Source: Ptychomitrium polyphyllum (taxonomy: Eukaryota). From it: a stretch of DNA of 64,000 nucleotides. Under the pieces are notes generated by a model. The model did no database searches and was not told the origin of the DNA. It worked only from the letters and a program-made list of their open reading frames with translations. The DNA lies in NCBI GenBank assembly GCA_973851085.1, contig OZ316775.1:1240001-1304000 (forward strand), given 5' to 3'. The position numbers were made by a program, and so were the translations under genes. Numbering within the stretch: the stretch's first letter is position 1; the number at the start of each line of letters is the position of its first letter. This document shows, in pieces, positions 26,501 to 39,642 of the stretch.

Positions 26501-29060
26501 TCATATTAGAAATATAAGGGGGCCTAATGCCTTTGGATTTCTCACTAACGTTTCCAAGCAACAATATCTTACATAGATGTCCAAAAAAATCCAATGGAAT
26601 TTGAACAAAGACCACATATATGTGGTATGTGCTTATTATCAATCAAAAACAAAATTCATGGCTTGGCAAGTGCCATAAACAATAAAGCACAAGTTATCAT
26701 ATATTTTATATTATTTGTTAATAATTTTGGATTATTGATTAGTGAATGACATAGTGTTTATTTTCATGTAGACGTGATCTTTGTCTTACAAATAAAGATA
26801 CATGGTATTGGAGGAACAAACAATCTATTCATATTGGCTACTCTCTCATAATGAGAACAAGTTTTTAATTATTTATTGATTTCCTTATTTATTTTATTTG
26901 TGTTTGTAGATTAGACCTCAAATTTTTATTATATATGCTATAATTTTCATTAGCCTACTGAGTACCCCTTTTAATTGGAGATGTTATAAACAGATCCTGG
27001 AGATTTAGTGTTTTTTTACCTCAATTGAAGCAACACCAAAGTGAGCCTTCAAGTGAAATTGTTTATTCTATAATGTATGGTAGTCCTGTAATGCAGTGAT
27101 ACTATCATAGTCACTAAGATTTAAAAGTATGTGTATGTAAGAACCTAGTAGTACTGTTAAATGTTAAGTTACCAAATTATGAATGTGAACTACTGTTATT
27201 TCAATTATGAGTTATTTCAAATATGACTGTTAGCGAATCAGGTCGTGTTAAGCCCAGGCTGTATGGAAAGAGGCTCTTATGAACTCCAAGTAATGTAATT
27301 GCCTGAGAGGTTTACAAAATTACAACTTATTCATGCGCACTGCAAAATGAAAATGAGAGCAACCAGGTTAGAGATTGTAACACCAAAAAACTGAGTGGAA
27401 GGAGCAGGGGCGGTGGTGGTCATCAGATAGTGATTCATATGAAGCAACACCATAATAGCAGGGTGGCATATTCAGACTCATTCAACAGGAAGGTAGCTTG
27501 GACGGCTGTGGCAGCAGGACAAATCAGCTACAGTCTGCAAGTATGTGTCCTTGATGTTTGGTCTGGAGTGATGGTGATGACCAGCAACCTCCATGCAGCT
27601 CTACGTTGGAGGAAAAAAAGTTGGTGAGTCTTTCAGACATTCTGCAGGCTTTCTCATGACTTGCCACGGTCATGGGTCACATGTTAGCTTGTGACTGACC
27701 TTTTATCATCCATCCCAACCAGTTTCATCCGAGAAATGTGGGGTCGAACTCATGAGGCATTTAGGTGTCATTTAGGTGTATGAAAAGGTTACCATTCCTG
27801 TTACTTCTGTAGTCAACTGTAACTAACATAGCACTCTTCACTTGTTGAAACAACTCATCGTCATCTTGGAATGTGAAAAATTAACAAATAAATTATGATG
27901 AAAATATGGCAATGAATGCATAAAGACATTAAGCTAAATTAGTGAATTTGTTCATGCATTCTTTTAATTCTTAATAAATCATGAGATCATACCTTTGGAA
28001 GGTAGAATTATACAATTTCATGTGAAAAATACAAATAAAAAAATGTTGCTAGAACAAAAGCAAATGCAATCTTAGACATGTCTAATCTTGAAATAGACAA
28101 AAGAACTTGCATCAATAACAAATTGCCAAATATTTCTTGTATATCTTGAATGGCTTAAGTAAAAAATGGTCATAATTATTACAATATTCATATAGATGTA
28201 TAAAATATTGTAAACAACATCAATTCAAAATTTGGTCCATTACATGGCATTATATAATATATTTAAACATTCATCAAGTCAAGTGAACACAAGTGTCAAG
28301 TATTCAAAATGAATAATGTCCTAGAATAATTTTCATATGTAGGAACTTGATTAATATTTTAGATGAATTATAATCCAAGTTTTTAAAATATCTCAATTAT
28401 TTTGTGAAGAATGCTTATTTCATCTATTCTAAGTATGTTTACTATATACACACCTTGTTTCCATTACAATGACTCAATCCATTAACATCATAATAAAGTT
28501 CAACTTTTGTGTATATTTTTGATCTTTTATAAAAACAATTTAGTGAGAAACTTTAAGGTTAGAAAAGATTGGAAGTCAAGTTTTAATTTTTTGATATTAC
28601 ATAAATTAATTATTGATTTTCAAATTATGTGCCTCTAAAATATTATGATTGTTAATAGATGTAAACCATGACAATTATAAAATTAGTTCTTTCTTGCCAC
28701 CTTATGTTTGCATGACCTACCTAATTTTTTTCAAAACGCCACCAAATATCAAGCCTATTATTATCACAGTTTAAATTTAACAATCAAGTATACTTTCACC
28801 ATTCCATTGCATTCATTACTACCATCAATACTCCACAATTTTATAGATCAAACTTATCACTACTACTTCAAAGTTCAATTTTTTAACACACTACACACTT
28901 AGGCTTTCCAACTTGGAGTAGTTTCAGAAGTAGTGCCTATGAGAAGTGGTGGCCGCATGACTGTGTACTTCACAAAGCTTCTTAAGTTAAGTGGTTTAGG
29001 TTTACAGCAAATATGCAGGAAAAGATATACATGAAGGGAACTGACAAAACCCTAAGGGAG

Positions 29061-29108
29061 GGACACAAGGACACAAGGACCCAAGGACACGAGGACACAA
29101 GGACACAA
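29061..29108. repeat. 8-bp tandem repeat (GGACACAA) x6
   Basis: ggacacaa ggacacaa ggacccaa ggacacga ggacacaa ggacacaa. Confidence 0.9.
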
Positions 29109-30703
29109 CCATACTAAAATTCATCCGACGACACCTAGAGAGTTTACTTTGCACCGCAGTAACAGTTTTCAAGTCGAATTGATTTGCTGATCAAGGACAT
29201 AATAATATCTATAGTTCGTGATTAGTGTGCCGTCCCGGGCATGGTAATCAAACATAGCCCAACTGGCGCCACTGGCAGTCAGTTCCTCCGGAGTCCAAAC
29301 GGCACACGTTTAGAAAGCCTGCCAGACTGGCTTCGCTTTGATCGGCTCGCAGCTCTCGCTCGTGCATGGCTTCAGGAAAGAGAAAAAGAGATTCCACGGC
29401 CATGGACCCGGCCTGCTCAGGACCAGCCACCAGCCCCAGTACAATCCCATGCAAAACCATCAGTGCACCTAAAACCGATGTATCATCATCTGAAGTCTGC
29501 AAACTGCAAGGATACTGTTGCTTCTCCAAGGAGTGTCGTTTTTGTGTGTGCCACATGAAGGCTTTCAAGGGCCCGCCATCGCCCCTGTAGATTCCTACCA
29601 CTCTCCGCTATTTATTGAAGATATACACCTGAAAACCGTCAATGGCTGTCCTCTACTGAGATCGTAGATGTGGCTCCAAAAAGTCTACGAAACAGTATGA
29701 TAATGGCGCTTGTGTAGAATGTGAATTCCTATATGTATTGACGCCTCGCTCTCAGTCGCACGCCACTCGCAGAGTTCGCGCTTGCGCCACCTTCTCTGTC
29801 ACGCGCTCGCCCTTTCGTTCTCTTGCTCGGGGCTGAGGAGTTCTGGTTAGCTCTGGTTATGACCTGCTGCATTTTCTTGAAACCTCGTGCAAATTTACTT
29901 TAGTTTTTGGATCGGTGCCGCGGTGAGAGATCTGCTTGAAGATCTGTAGTGGAATTTGCTGTTCCTTGTGAATGTTGGTGTAGAGCAGGAGCTTTTAGCT
30001 GTAGTTTACTATAGTTTTTGAGGATCTTGCTACTGCAGATTTCTGTTGCAGAAAGGCAAGACAGAAAATCATTTGCGAGCTCTAGTGGAAAGGTTGTGTT
30101 AGAGGACTAAATCCTGAAGACATTGAATTGCTTGACAATTATTTGTCTTATACTTGGAACGATTTGTCTAAACGATTTGTTTTCTTCGCGCACGGGTTTT
30201 GTAGCTAAGGTTTAGCTGCGATTCGATTTTTTGTCCGTTTTGGACATGTCTGTTGAAGGCATCCTGTTACTTTTCCGCTCTCTTCCTCCAGTTTGAAACG
30301 CCATTTCTTCTCAGCTTGAACACGTGTAAGGAGGAATTTTATGTTTATTGTGACTTGTATGGATTGTTGCTGTGTGCATGTGCGCTTGATCGCATGATTG
30401 CTTTTGTGAAATTTGCAACGCACTTCTTCTGTGCTATGTTCGGTCTGTTTTAACGATCGTTTGTGCACAGTGAGGGCATTTGTAAAGTTTTCTGAACCTT
30501 CTACCGCAAGTTAAGAGCCAGCGTGTACTGGCTTAGATCTTTCAGTGGAAGACTGTTTTAGTAAGTGTAGCTTTCAGGAGCTGGCTGTAGAGAGTTTGAT
30601 TTCGTAGATTAGCGAGCTTGAAAGCTTTGTAGCAAGCAGAAAGTGCGCGAGTGAAGTATTTCTGTGAATTACCTTGAGGTTGAGGTGCAGAGGGAAGGTC
30701 AAC

Positions 30704-32717
30704 ATGACGGGGACGGTTGAAATTCAAAATCTCTGCATCAGTATCGCGTACGAAGTGAAGACAGTTATGCGGGACAATACACTTTCTTTGTACCTAAAGT
30801 TGATCTTCTGCTTCTTGAAAATCGTCTGCGTCACCGGCTTCGCCATAGGGAGGGAGTATCCCGAGCAGCGGACCCGAGCTCCGACACTGCCACCTCCGCT
30901 TCCAACATTCACCACGCCTGGGAAACAAGAATCGGCGATAGAAACGTCTGCTGAATCTGCAGAGAAGGAAATGCCAGATGCTGATGCGAGTACTCCGGAG
31001 GGCAGAACCGACTTTCAGGAGCTCACAACAGCGGCTGCAGACGTTGAATTGAGGTTGAACGCTCTCTTGGCCTTGTATGACAGAAGAAGATCATGTTCGA
31101 TTAGCATGTGCCACTGAGATAGTTGACAATATTTTTTATCGTTTCGACTCTGCAAATTGTGGTTTGCTTTGAGTTTATTTCTTCGGATAACAATGCAGAT
31201 GGCTGGCGGTATCTCTCATATTTACCTTGAGCAAGGAAGTAGGATACTAACATCGCGTCTTTTAATAATGATTTCAGAGTGTCATCTCCTGGTGCTTCTG
31301 TTTTCCTCTTTGATCTTGCAGGATTATCTTCTGCTATCGACAGAAGGCTTCTCGTACCGCTTCTTTAAATTACCTTTCAAAAATCTGTAATTCAAGTTAT
31401 GTCTCTGTACATTAGAGACGGTCCCAAGGTTTGTGTATGCTGCGTCCGTCAAACAATCTTGACATTCCCAGCGAAAACCATCTTTGAAGTCGTGTCTCTT
31501 TAGAAGCCATACTAGTCATGAGAATTGCTTCGCTTTCTCAAACATTACCACGAGGGATGTGATCATTGATATACTCATGCAGTGCTGAGTCGAGTTGTGG
31601 CATTTATGTATTGTCCAGTCTTTTAACATGTATTGCAATCCTGACTTGTCAAGCAGTGAGTTCAAGCCCACGGTAGCCATAGTAGCTCCTATCTTTGTAA
31701 GGACACTTCAGCAAAGGAAGGAGGTTCTGGAGCTGATATCCAGTCTCGACAATCAAACCTACAAAGCAGCGCAAATTATCTTAGTCGACGACTGCTCACC
31801 ATTTCCTTGGTACATGAGCTCTGCCACTGGTAAAAGCGAGGAGAGCCTTGTAAAGCTTCCTGCAAATACAAGGCTTGTCAGACGGCCGAAAAATCATGGC
31901 CCTGCAGCAGCCAGAAGCCTTGGACTCGGCCTTGCTACGGCTGAACACCAGGCTCAGGTGAGCAGCCCTAAATTTCCAGTACGCCAGCGTCCTATCAGAT
32001 TTAGCAGATCAGGCTTTGCAAATTGGAAGTCATCATTAAACTAGTATTTCCTTTCTTAAGTGGATTGTTTCTCCTTCACCCAAAAATCATGTATATTTTC
32101 CAATCTTATTCTTGCTAAAATCTGTTCATCTACTTGTCTTCTCTTGTGAGATGTCTAATGCGTCTTGTTTGATACAGATTGTCAATTTTATCGACTCAGA
32201 TTGCGAGGCAGACAGTCATTGGGTAGAAGCTATGGTGACAGCACATTACTATGAATTGAAGAAGAAGACAGAAGGGTCTGATGGAGCCATTCTCTCTGGA
32301 CTTACACATGCCTACGGCAGTACCCACGTTGACAAATTCCACGACCACTTCGGCACCTTGAACGGCAGAATCAAGATCAATGGTGAAGGCCTTCTGTATG
32401 CTCCGTCTTGCAACATCTCAATCAGAATCTCCCAGCAACTCATTTCACAAGTAGGTGGCTTTGATGAAAGCTTCCCGAAGGCTGCTTTTGAGGATGTTGA
32501 CTACTGCATGCGTGCGAATCAGTGCGGTTTCCTGACCCAATGTGTACAGAATGCAAAGATCTGGCATAAGTACCAAGTTACCATCCCTCAGCTGTTTCGC
32601 ATGTTTCAGAGGTATGGTGCCAGTGAGTGGGCTGTGCTTGAAAGACACCCTTACTACTTCGAAATGTATGGTGCTTCATACCACATCCCTTCTCAGGCTC
32701 CGAAGGTTGTCACTTAA
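30704..32717 (+). CDS. Family 2 glycosyltransferase (GT-A fold) with N-terminal hydrophobic anchor and Pro/Thr/Glu stem, about 403 aa
   Basis: Proposed exons 30704-31074 (TT|gtatga, phase 2), 31657-31957 (cag|T GAG, phase 2 in) and 32178-32717. GT2 motifs VAIVAP, IILVDDCS, NHGPAAARSLG, FIDSDC (DxD), GGFDESF, AFEDVDYCMR. The catalytic exons are secure; joining of exon 1 is inferred. Alternative starts are 30767 or 31628. Confidence 0.82.
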
Positions 32718-34741
32718 TTCTGTTGCTATGTCTCCGCTTTTGATATTTGTTACTGCTATCTAGCTACTACCTAGAATGGTCTAATCGAACTTTCGAACGT
32801 CATGTATTTTCTTTAGATTGGCATCAATGGGTTGCAACTTGCAAGAGTACGTGCTTATCAGATTCTTGTAAAGATAGGTTTTGGCGTGGGCACTAATATT
32901 CTGTAGTTCCTAGAACATATTTCGCACCTACCTAGCGCTGACATGCATATAGATTGGAGCACGAGGTAGGGTAGCGCCGAATAGGTTTGGATAGAACTGA
33001 CGAAATACACGTGCATTTCCATGTGCTCATAGCTTTGTAACTGCCGCTTCTGCGAACTTGTCATACCCGCCAATACAAAGGTTACATTTTCTACTCCAGA
33101 CCTGTCTAGAATGTACGTTGGGTGTAGCCTCTGATTGTGATCTTTCATCTCACGTATGTTAAATCTGCTTCACAACTGCTATGGTTTATGGTACACACTG
33201 CGTTGGCGTTCTGTTCCCCAAAAATCATGTCTTAAGAAACTTGGTTTCAAGTTTCTAGTGCATCACCTTAAAATTTTTTGGTGGCAGCACGCTTTACCTA
33301 ACTTGGCTCGTGGAGTGCTACCTAAAGGTTTTTCCCAGCTGTTACGGCTCCTGGCGATATATTTGACATCCATATGCAAAGTGCCAACCTTGCATTGCTA
33401 ACCAAGGGGGACTATCATAGTCGTGATGCTGGACAAAAATGTGGACCCTCAGCTGAAGTGAACTTATGAATGGCTGCAGTTCCTGATTAACACTTTCTTG
33501 TTACACCTGCTCTTTAGAGACCTGTGAATCGCACCAAGAAAATACAGTTTGTTGAGTTACTGTCAGGATTAGGAAAATTGTGTGTTTGTTTTGTTTTTTG
33601 TTGTATGACACAAGAGCTTTATTTCACTGCTAAAGCAGTATCTTTGCATGGTGATTTCACTTGCATTAGTTGCACAATCTTGACAGTGCCTCAATTGCTG
33701 ATTAAGGTAAGCATTCTATAGTAACACCCTGGGGGGGCAGCTCTTGTATCATGAGCAAGGTCTTATAAAGATACCTATAACTTAAATAAGATTATTTTAG
33801 AAACAATAAAATTTCACTTTCGGTGCTTTCATTCGAAGTTGTGTGGACCGAAAGATCCTCAAAAGTCCAGAAATATGAAAACAGACTGATTCTAGAAGTC
33901 CAGAAACAACAACACAATTGCAAATACCCCTTTCTTTTGACATGTCATAATTTTGTCACATCCTTGCTTTGTTCTCTGACGAGTAGCTCAAATTAATAAT
34001 TGAATGCAATTCCAAGATCAAACTCAGTAATTAGCATGTTTCGAGATCCTCGCTCTAGGAAGGGCCACTTTGGAGTTAGGATCTAGAAGAAACTGAACCA
34101 AGAATTGAGCATTCCTGTTGGTTGAAAGTTAATTTTGGCTCAGTTCCTTTTTAAGGTGATACAATAAATCCAAACTTTTTGTTAACACCATCCAAATGTA
34201 TCTTTGTAGTTCATTTTAGCCCCGATAGATCACCAATCACCAAAATGTATAGTAGAGCTGGATTTTGAAAACTAAAATGGACTCTGAAGGTTCGTTTGCA
34301 TGGTAATAGCTTCGGAGTGAGATTAGCGCCACATATCCTAGACAAGGTTCAAGCACAAAAGAGTTGAATTCTAAACAGAGATTCTAAAGCGAAAACATAC
34401 CTAGAACCAAGTCCAAGGAAAAATACACAATACCAAAATAACGCACCATTTCTCATGCCCTAACTCAAGGCCCAATTTTAAAGATGGTGCAATCCCATCC
34501 CTTCAAGCTGCCATTTGGACCCTATATACACTTCCAAATTACCAAGAAATACATACACTTCCAAATTGATGGTAAAATGTTCAGTGAGTCTTTCCTAGTG
34601 ACTAATTCAGACAGTTAGAAGGAGGAGTTAATTACTTGATGCAATGATGCTTGGATTGCAGGTCCTGCTTGAGACTGTCCTCCAAAACGAAGTCTTTCGG
34701 ATGAGTCTGGTGCATTGGTATGATCGAATTCGATCTCTCAA

Positions 34742-35302
34742 TTAGCGAGATGGCGCCATGGCGACCCCTACTCCGTTCCGTGGCATGGTCCCGAACGCGC
34801 ACACCGCCGAGACCACCAGCGCAATCAAGAGTGGGACCGTCTTCAGCACCGACTCCGGAGTGCCCGGGTAAAAGCACGTTGTCACCGGGGCTGTCAACAA
34901 CGAAATCGTCGCCAATGCCACCACGGACAGCCCCGCGTTCACGAAGTCGTCCACATCAAGTTTATATTTGTCCTTTCCGGCGCCTTTGAAGTACGGGCCC
35001 CCGTCAGAGCCGTTAATCATCGCATGGCGGAAGTTGGGATTCCAAAGCCCCCGAGGTGTGACGAATCCGTAGTAGACCTTTCCGTCCTCGGCTTTGTAAC
35101 TGTCAGTGAAGCAGGATGCGCAGCAGAGGGCGCAGAGGAGGATGAGCGTGACGGACGTGAGCACAATCTCCGTCTTGCCGCATTTGCCGTTGTTGGTCGC
35201 CAGAGGCGCCAGGATCTGGAAGACGAGGAAGGTGCCGGTTGGGAGCACGTTGGAGAGCTGGGTTAGGATGTCGGTCACTACTTTCGATGTTGACGAGCTC
35301 AT
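34742..35302 (-). CDS. DMP: DUF679 membrane protein (DMP family), copy A, intronless, about 186 aa
   Basis: LSNVLPTGTFLVFQILAPLATNNGKC, CFTDSY, GKVYYGFVTPRGLW, DFVNA, CFYP, PRNGVG, with four hydrophobic segments. First ATG is at 35302; the ORF track starts at an upstream GTG. Confidence 0.92.
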   Translation of the reverse strand: MSSSTSKVVTDILTQLSNVLPTGTFLVFQILAPLATNNGKCGKTEIVLTSVTLILLCALCCASCFTDSYKAEDGKVYYGFVTPRGLWNPNFRHAMINGSDGGPYFKGAGKDKYKLDVDDFVNAGLSVVALATISLLTAPVTTCFYPGTPESVLKTVPLLIALVVSAVCAFGTMPRNGVGVAMAPSR

Positions 35303-37811
35303 CGTCAGCGAAGTAGTCTCATGCAAACCGAATGTCGTCACTCCCTCAACAACCGATCAACTTGGATGGATCGCTTCTCACACAGTAGTAGTACATTCGT
35401 AACATTCTTCAAGATTCTTTCTTGTCAACCAAAATCCTACCACGATCTACATGAGGAGAGGCCCTTCACATTCTGGCAAGATTTTCTTCGAAGTAAAACT
35501 GCGTATAGCAAGGCTAGCTCCTTCAAGCCCGTGAGCTTTCACCCTCTCGTAAAAGGTTATGACTCCATGGGTGCCTCTCGTTTCTCTAAGAGTCAAAGCT
35601 TGTTATGTTGTTTGCACTAGCAAAGCAATCTGAAATCTCTTTCAATTTCTCTCAATAAAAGGCCAAAAGAAGCGCCACGTATATGCTTAGTATACGCCTC
35701 TCGAATATCAAAAGAACGTGTGCCTCCATGGATGGATCGCGTGGATCTTGAATGAGAGACCGTGAGCTTGGCGATGAGCAGAAGTGCTATCCTGTAGTTC
35801 GAGATACACAGGAGATGCACAAGCTGAAAGTTGTAAGTCAAGTGAGCTGCTGCATTTCAGGCAACACACTTCCCTTTGGATCTTCTTTACACATCTTGAA
35901 CAGTTGCCGCTTCCGCTATTCCATTGGGTAGCTACGAAGAAATCATTGCAGACATTGTTGCAACTCCGTCACAAGAGTCATGCCTCGTGCAGGCAACGTC
36001 GTATCCAGAACTTGACTTCTTTTCCGTTATTACAGCTAGATGCCATTTACTAGTCCCTATTACCTCATTAACAAGCCTATATTTTACCTTCCAGTGGCCC
36101 AGGCAATCATTAGTAAAGCTCTTGTCTGTAACCCTGCTCTTGACATGGTCACCACACAAACTATGTGAACAACCTGCTCTTGTTTGTAATGGAGCAAGAA
36201 TCCTTACTTGTCATTAATATTGGATCATTATATTTGAATGTGCTGGAATACTAGCCGTCCACTTGTGGCTCTGACGTGGAAAATACTTTCCGAGACAGGA
36301 GGATGTGAGATGCTTCATTTGGAATTGGATTAGTGAATTGCTGGTGCAGGTGCCTCCGGACATGGGAGTCAACGGAGGCACTCACTGGAAGAGTCTCCGT
36401 GAATATTTAATGGTCTGGCTGCCAAGAATCCAAGTTAAGAGTGCAGTACCATGAAGTGCATAGCAGAGTTCAGTGATTTCCCAATGGAGTTTGTAGCCAC
36501 TTTATTGAACAAAAATATAACCAATCCCTTATGAAATTAATTAGATGCTTACGCAAATTTCATCTATGTATATTAAAATATCATTATGGTGTTATTCCAA
36601 TTATGGTGTTAGGTACCACATGAATAATAGAGAAAGAATGTGATTACATGGTATTAAATAAAATAAAATAAAATAATTAAAAATTAATATTGACTTTTTG
36701 AGTTTGTTTTTCTTTTTTGGAATGGATTTGTGAAGGTGTTGAGATCTTGGTTGTTATCAATGTTTTTTACAATAGAACATGGTAATTTGAGTGTTTTTTA
36801 TAACATTGGAGGTTGTCAAACTATTAATTATCAAGAATCTTAATTCTTAACATGACTAAATACTATTCTCTATTGTAGGTTGTGACTAGCTCTTTGAAAA
36901 AGTCATTATACAACCACCTTCATAATCATCTTATTCAATTAATCACCAATTTTTTATTTCTAAAATTATGAAATAATCTTAGTTTTCATTAAAAATTGGT
37001 ATAAAATCTACAAGAATTATTTTACTTTGTAAGTGATGGTGGAAAGAAATTCTTTGATCTAGAAATAATATTTTTGATAATATCTTTAAAAACAATTATT
37101 TTGTAAAAAAATTCTTATTATTTTAATAAAATTTTGTAATTTGATAGTTTTTTATCACATAAAAAAGGCATGTTCAACATTTTTTGCCTAATATTTAATG
37201 TTTTTTAAATATAGGTTTTGACACAGAATTTTATTCTAAAATCCATTTTTTCAATAATTTATTGAATAATATAGCAGAATTTGGCATTTGTTTTTAGACG
37301 CTTTTATTGCTAAACTTATTCTAAAATCCCTCCAATTAATGCAAAAGTAAAATTTCAATTTGACTAATAAAAATATAAGAAGAATTTGTAATAAGGCTCA
37401 AGTCTGTGGTTTTCACAAATCACAATCCAAAATCTATTCCACATAATGTAACATTATTTTCACAAAGCTAAAGGGCAATATTCCAAGCTAGCTATGAGAC
37501 AAAATTTATATAAGTTAATGATACATTAACATGATAAAATTTCATTGGCTTCCTATTTGTAATTATATTGCATAAATTTTAACAAGCATCCAAAAAAGCT
37601 TATGCATGTATATCACTCCATTATAATGAACAACTTTATTACAAGTACTTTTTAAATAAAGTTTGAATTTCATACACCCAAGAGTAGGTTATGTAGTCTA
37701 TTAAATATCTTTTAAGGAGGTAGTAGGCCTTAAGTCTAGAGCCAAGGTAAGAACATATTATTGTAGTATATTAATACCTTTGTTGCTCCATATTATATAA
37801 TTACATCTACC

Positions 37812-38001
37812 ATACCAGTGCAGTATATACAGCATAATATACAATATATACCAGCGCATACAATATATTACAATATATACAGTATATACCAGTGCAATAT
37901 ATACAGCATAATATACAATATATACCAGCGCATACAATATATTACAGTATATACAGTATATACCAGTGCAGTATTACATATTACAGTATATACCAGTGCA
38001 G
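37812..38001. repeat. Minisatellite: 74-bp unit x2 plus shorter partial copies, built from TATACCAG(T/C)GCA and TATATACA subunits
   Basis: ccagtgca recurs at 37815, 37889, 37963 (74-bp period) and 37993. Confidence 0.9.
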
Positions 38002-39642
38002 AATCACCACGTATCAGCTTGAGCCTTAAAAATAGGCGCACATGTGCTCACATGTGCTCACTGTTCTTGACTTTATTTCATTTTTCACGCCCATATTAAG
38101 AATGAACCACCTTTACATCTAAACGTAAAATAAGCCTGGTTCACATGCAAAGTTATTGTGTAAGCTACTCTTTTCCAGATTTATATATGCTAAAATTTCT
38201 CATGTATTATGTTATTTTATTTTATTCCTAACATTTCAATTTCATTGATAGAATAAAATTAGGGAATGATGATTCGACTACTAATAGGTTAGTGAACTTC
38301 TTGAAGAATAAGAATGAAGAATGAGCATAGAACTTCTAAAAGCAATCATTTAATAGAAGCTTTATTGTAGTTGAGTGTTTACTCACGTAACACAACAATC
38401 ATTTCTACACTTTAATGTCCAGTATGTCTCTAGGCATAGATGAAGACTGTTGAAAGAACAACCACTTCATTTGCACAAACCAAATTCTTCTTCTAAAGCT
38501 CCATGTGTTTCAAACTTCCAAACCTCCAAACCTCCAGTTTTCCATTATATCATTTTGTTGTGATGCCCTCTACTGGTAAAGCGTAGCAAATAATATATGC
38601 CGATCAAAGTGAGTAAGGAACATAAGGCGATAAAAAATGTAGCATGGTTTTACAACTTGGCAATCTTGACTTTTGTATTTTACTAGCACGTTGAGTTGCG
38701 AGTTGAAATGTGCACCAAGAAGGGGTTGAACTTTTGCCGTAAGTCAGACATCACTGTTAGACATCCCCGTTATATTGTAGACCAGCCATTGTACAAAGAT
38801 CTCTCCAAGATTCCTGAATGCTGACGTAGAATTCCCTTCTCGCAGTCGAATAGCGTCATACATCCAACGGGCACGCTATGGCTGCGAGCTGTATTAGCCA
38901 AGATTGTGACCCAACTAGCGGACTTTGTACTACGGTAAGGACGAACCAGCAATTCAAGTCAATCTCAAGTCTATATTTTTGGGTGCGTGCTTCATAGGTA
39001 GCATGATCCATTGTAACTTTCTATATTACGATATTGTGGCGGACCACTATCCATTGCAGTTTAGAGTCTTAGAGTCACAGCAGCTTCATATTGCAGGGAT
39101 TCCGGGAGCAAGTTCCCCGAATCTACATACTCAACTGCAGACTACACTCTAACCACCTCATGAGCCATGAAGCCTCAGGTTCTAGTCGGTTTTCGGCAGA
39201 ATTTGAAAATAGCAGTTTGCATAGTATTGCGCGAACCAGGTTCTGAGCAACAGAACGCAGGGGCTGCAAGTGGATCGCAGTAGCATCCTCCTCCATTCCA
39301 TAGTTGTAGAACGAAGGCTATAAGTGTCAGTTGTGAACGCCAAAGGAGGGTCGAGTCTAGAGCAGTTAGAGTTTTGCAGAGTCTTTGACGAAACATAAAA
39401 GCAAGAATCTTCTCGTCATATTTGTTGCAAGTGCAAGTTTGCTTTCTCTTAAGTCGAAGCTGTGAGGATCATAGCCTTTGCATTCTTTGCGAAAGTCGAG
39501 CCCAGATCGAGGCACAAAAATCTAGTTCCGTAGAACGCCATATTTTGAATACATAGTGTTTTCTGAGCCCTGGATTGACCCTTTCGAGAAGGTAGTACCA
39601 TTACCACTGGACGTTTATTTTCTGCAAGAGTAATTTGCAGCT

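Noticed and set aside
21780..28900. Long AT-rich tracts as possible transposon remnants (also ~6400-7600, ~15550-16500, ~36500-37800, ~45900-47200, ~60900-61900)
   Set aside because: No terminal repeats, target-site duplications or transposase/RT motifs could be identified by eye; a repeat library search is needed.
36350..36381. Hairpin gtgcctccg...cggaggcac; similar 8-9-bp inverted repeats near 33817-33853 and 45332-45364
   Set aside because: Stems are too short for miRNA precursors and are expected by chance in 64 kb.
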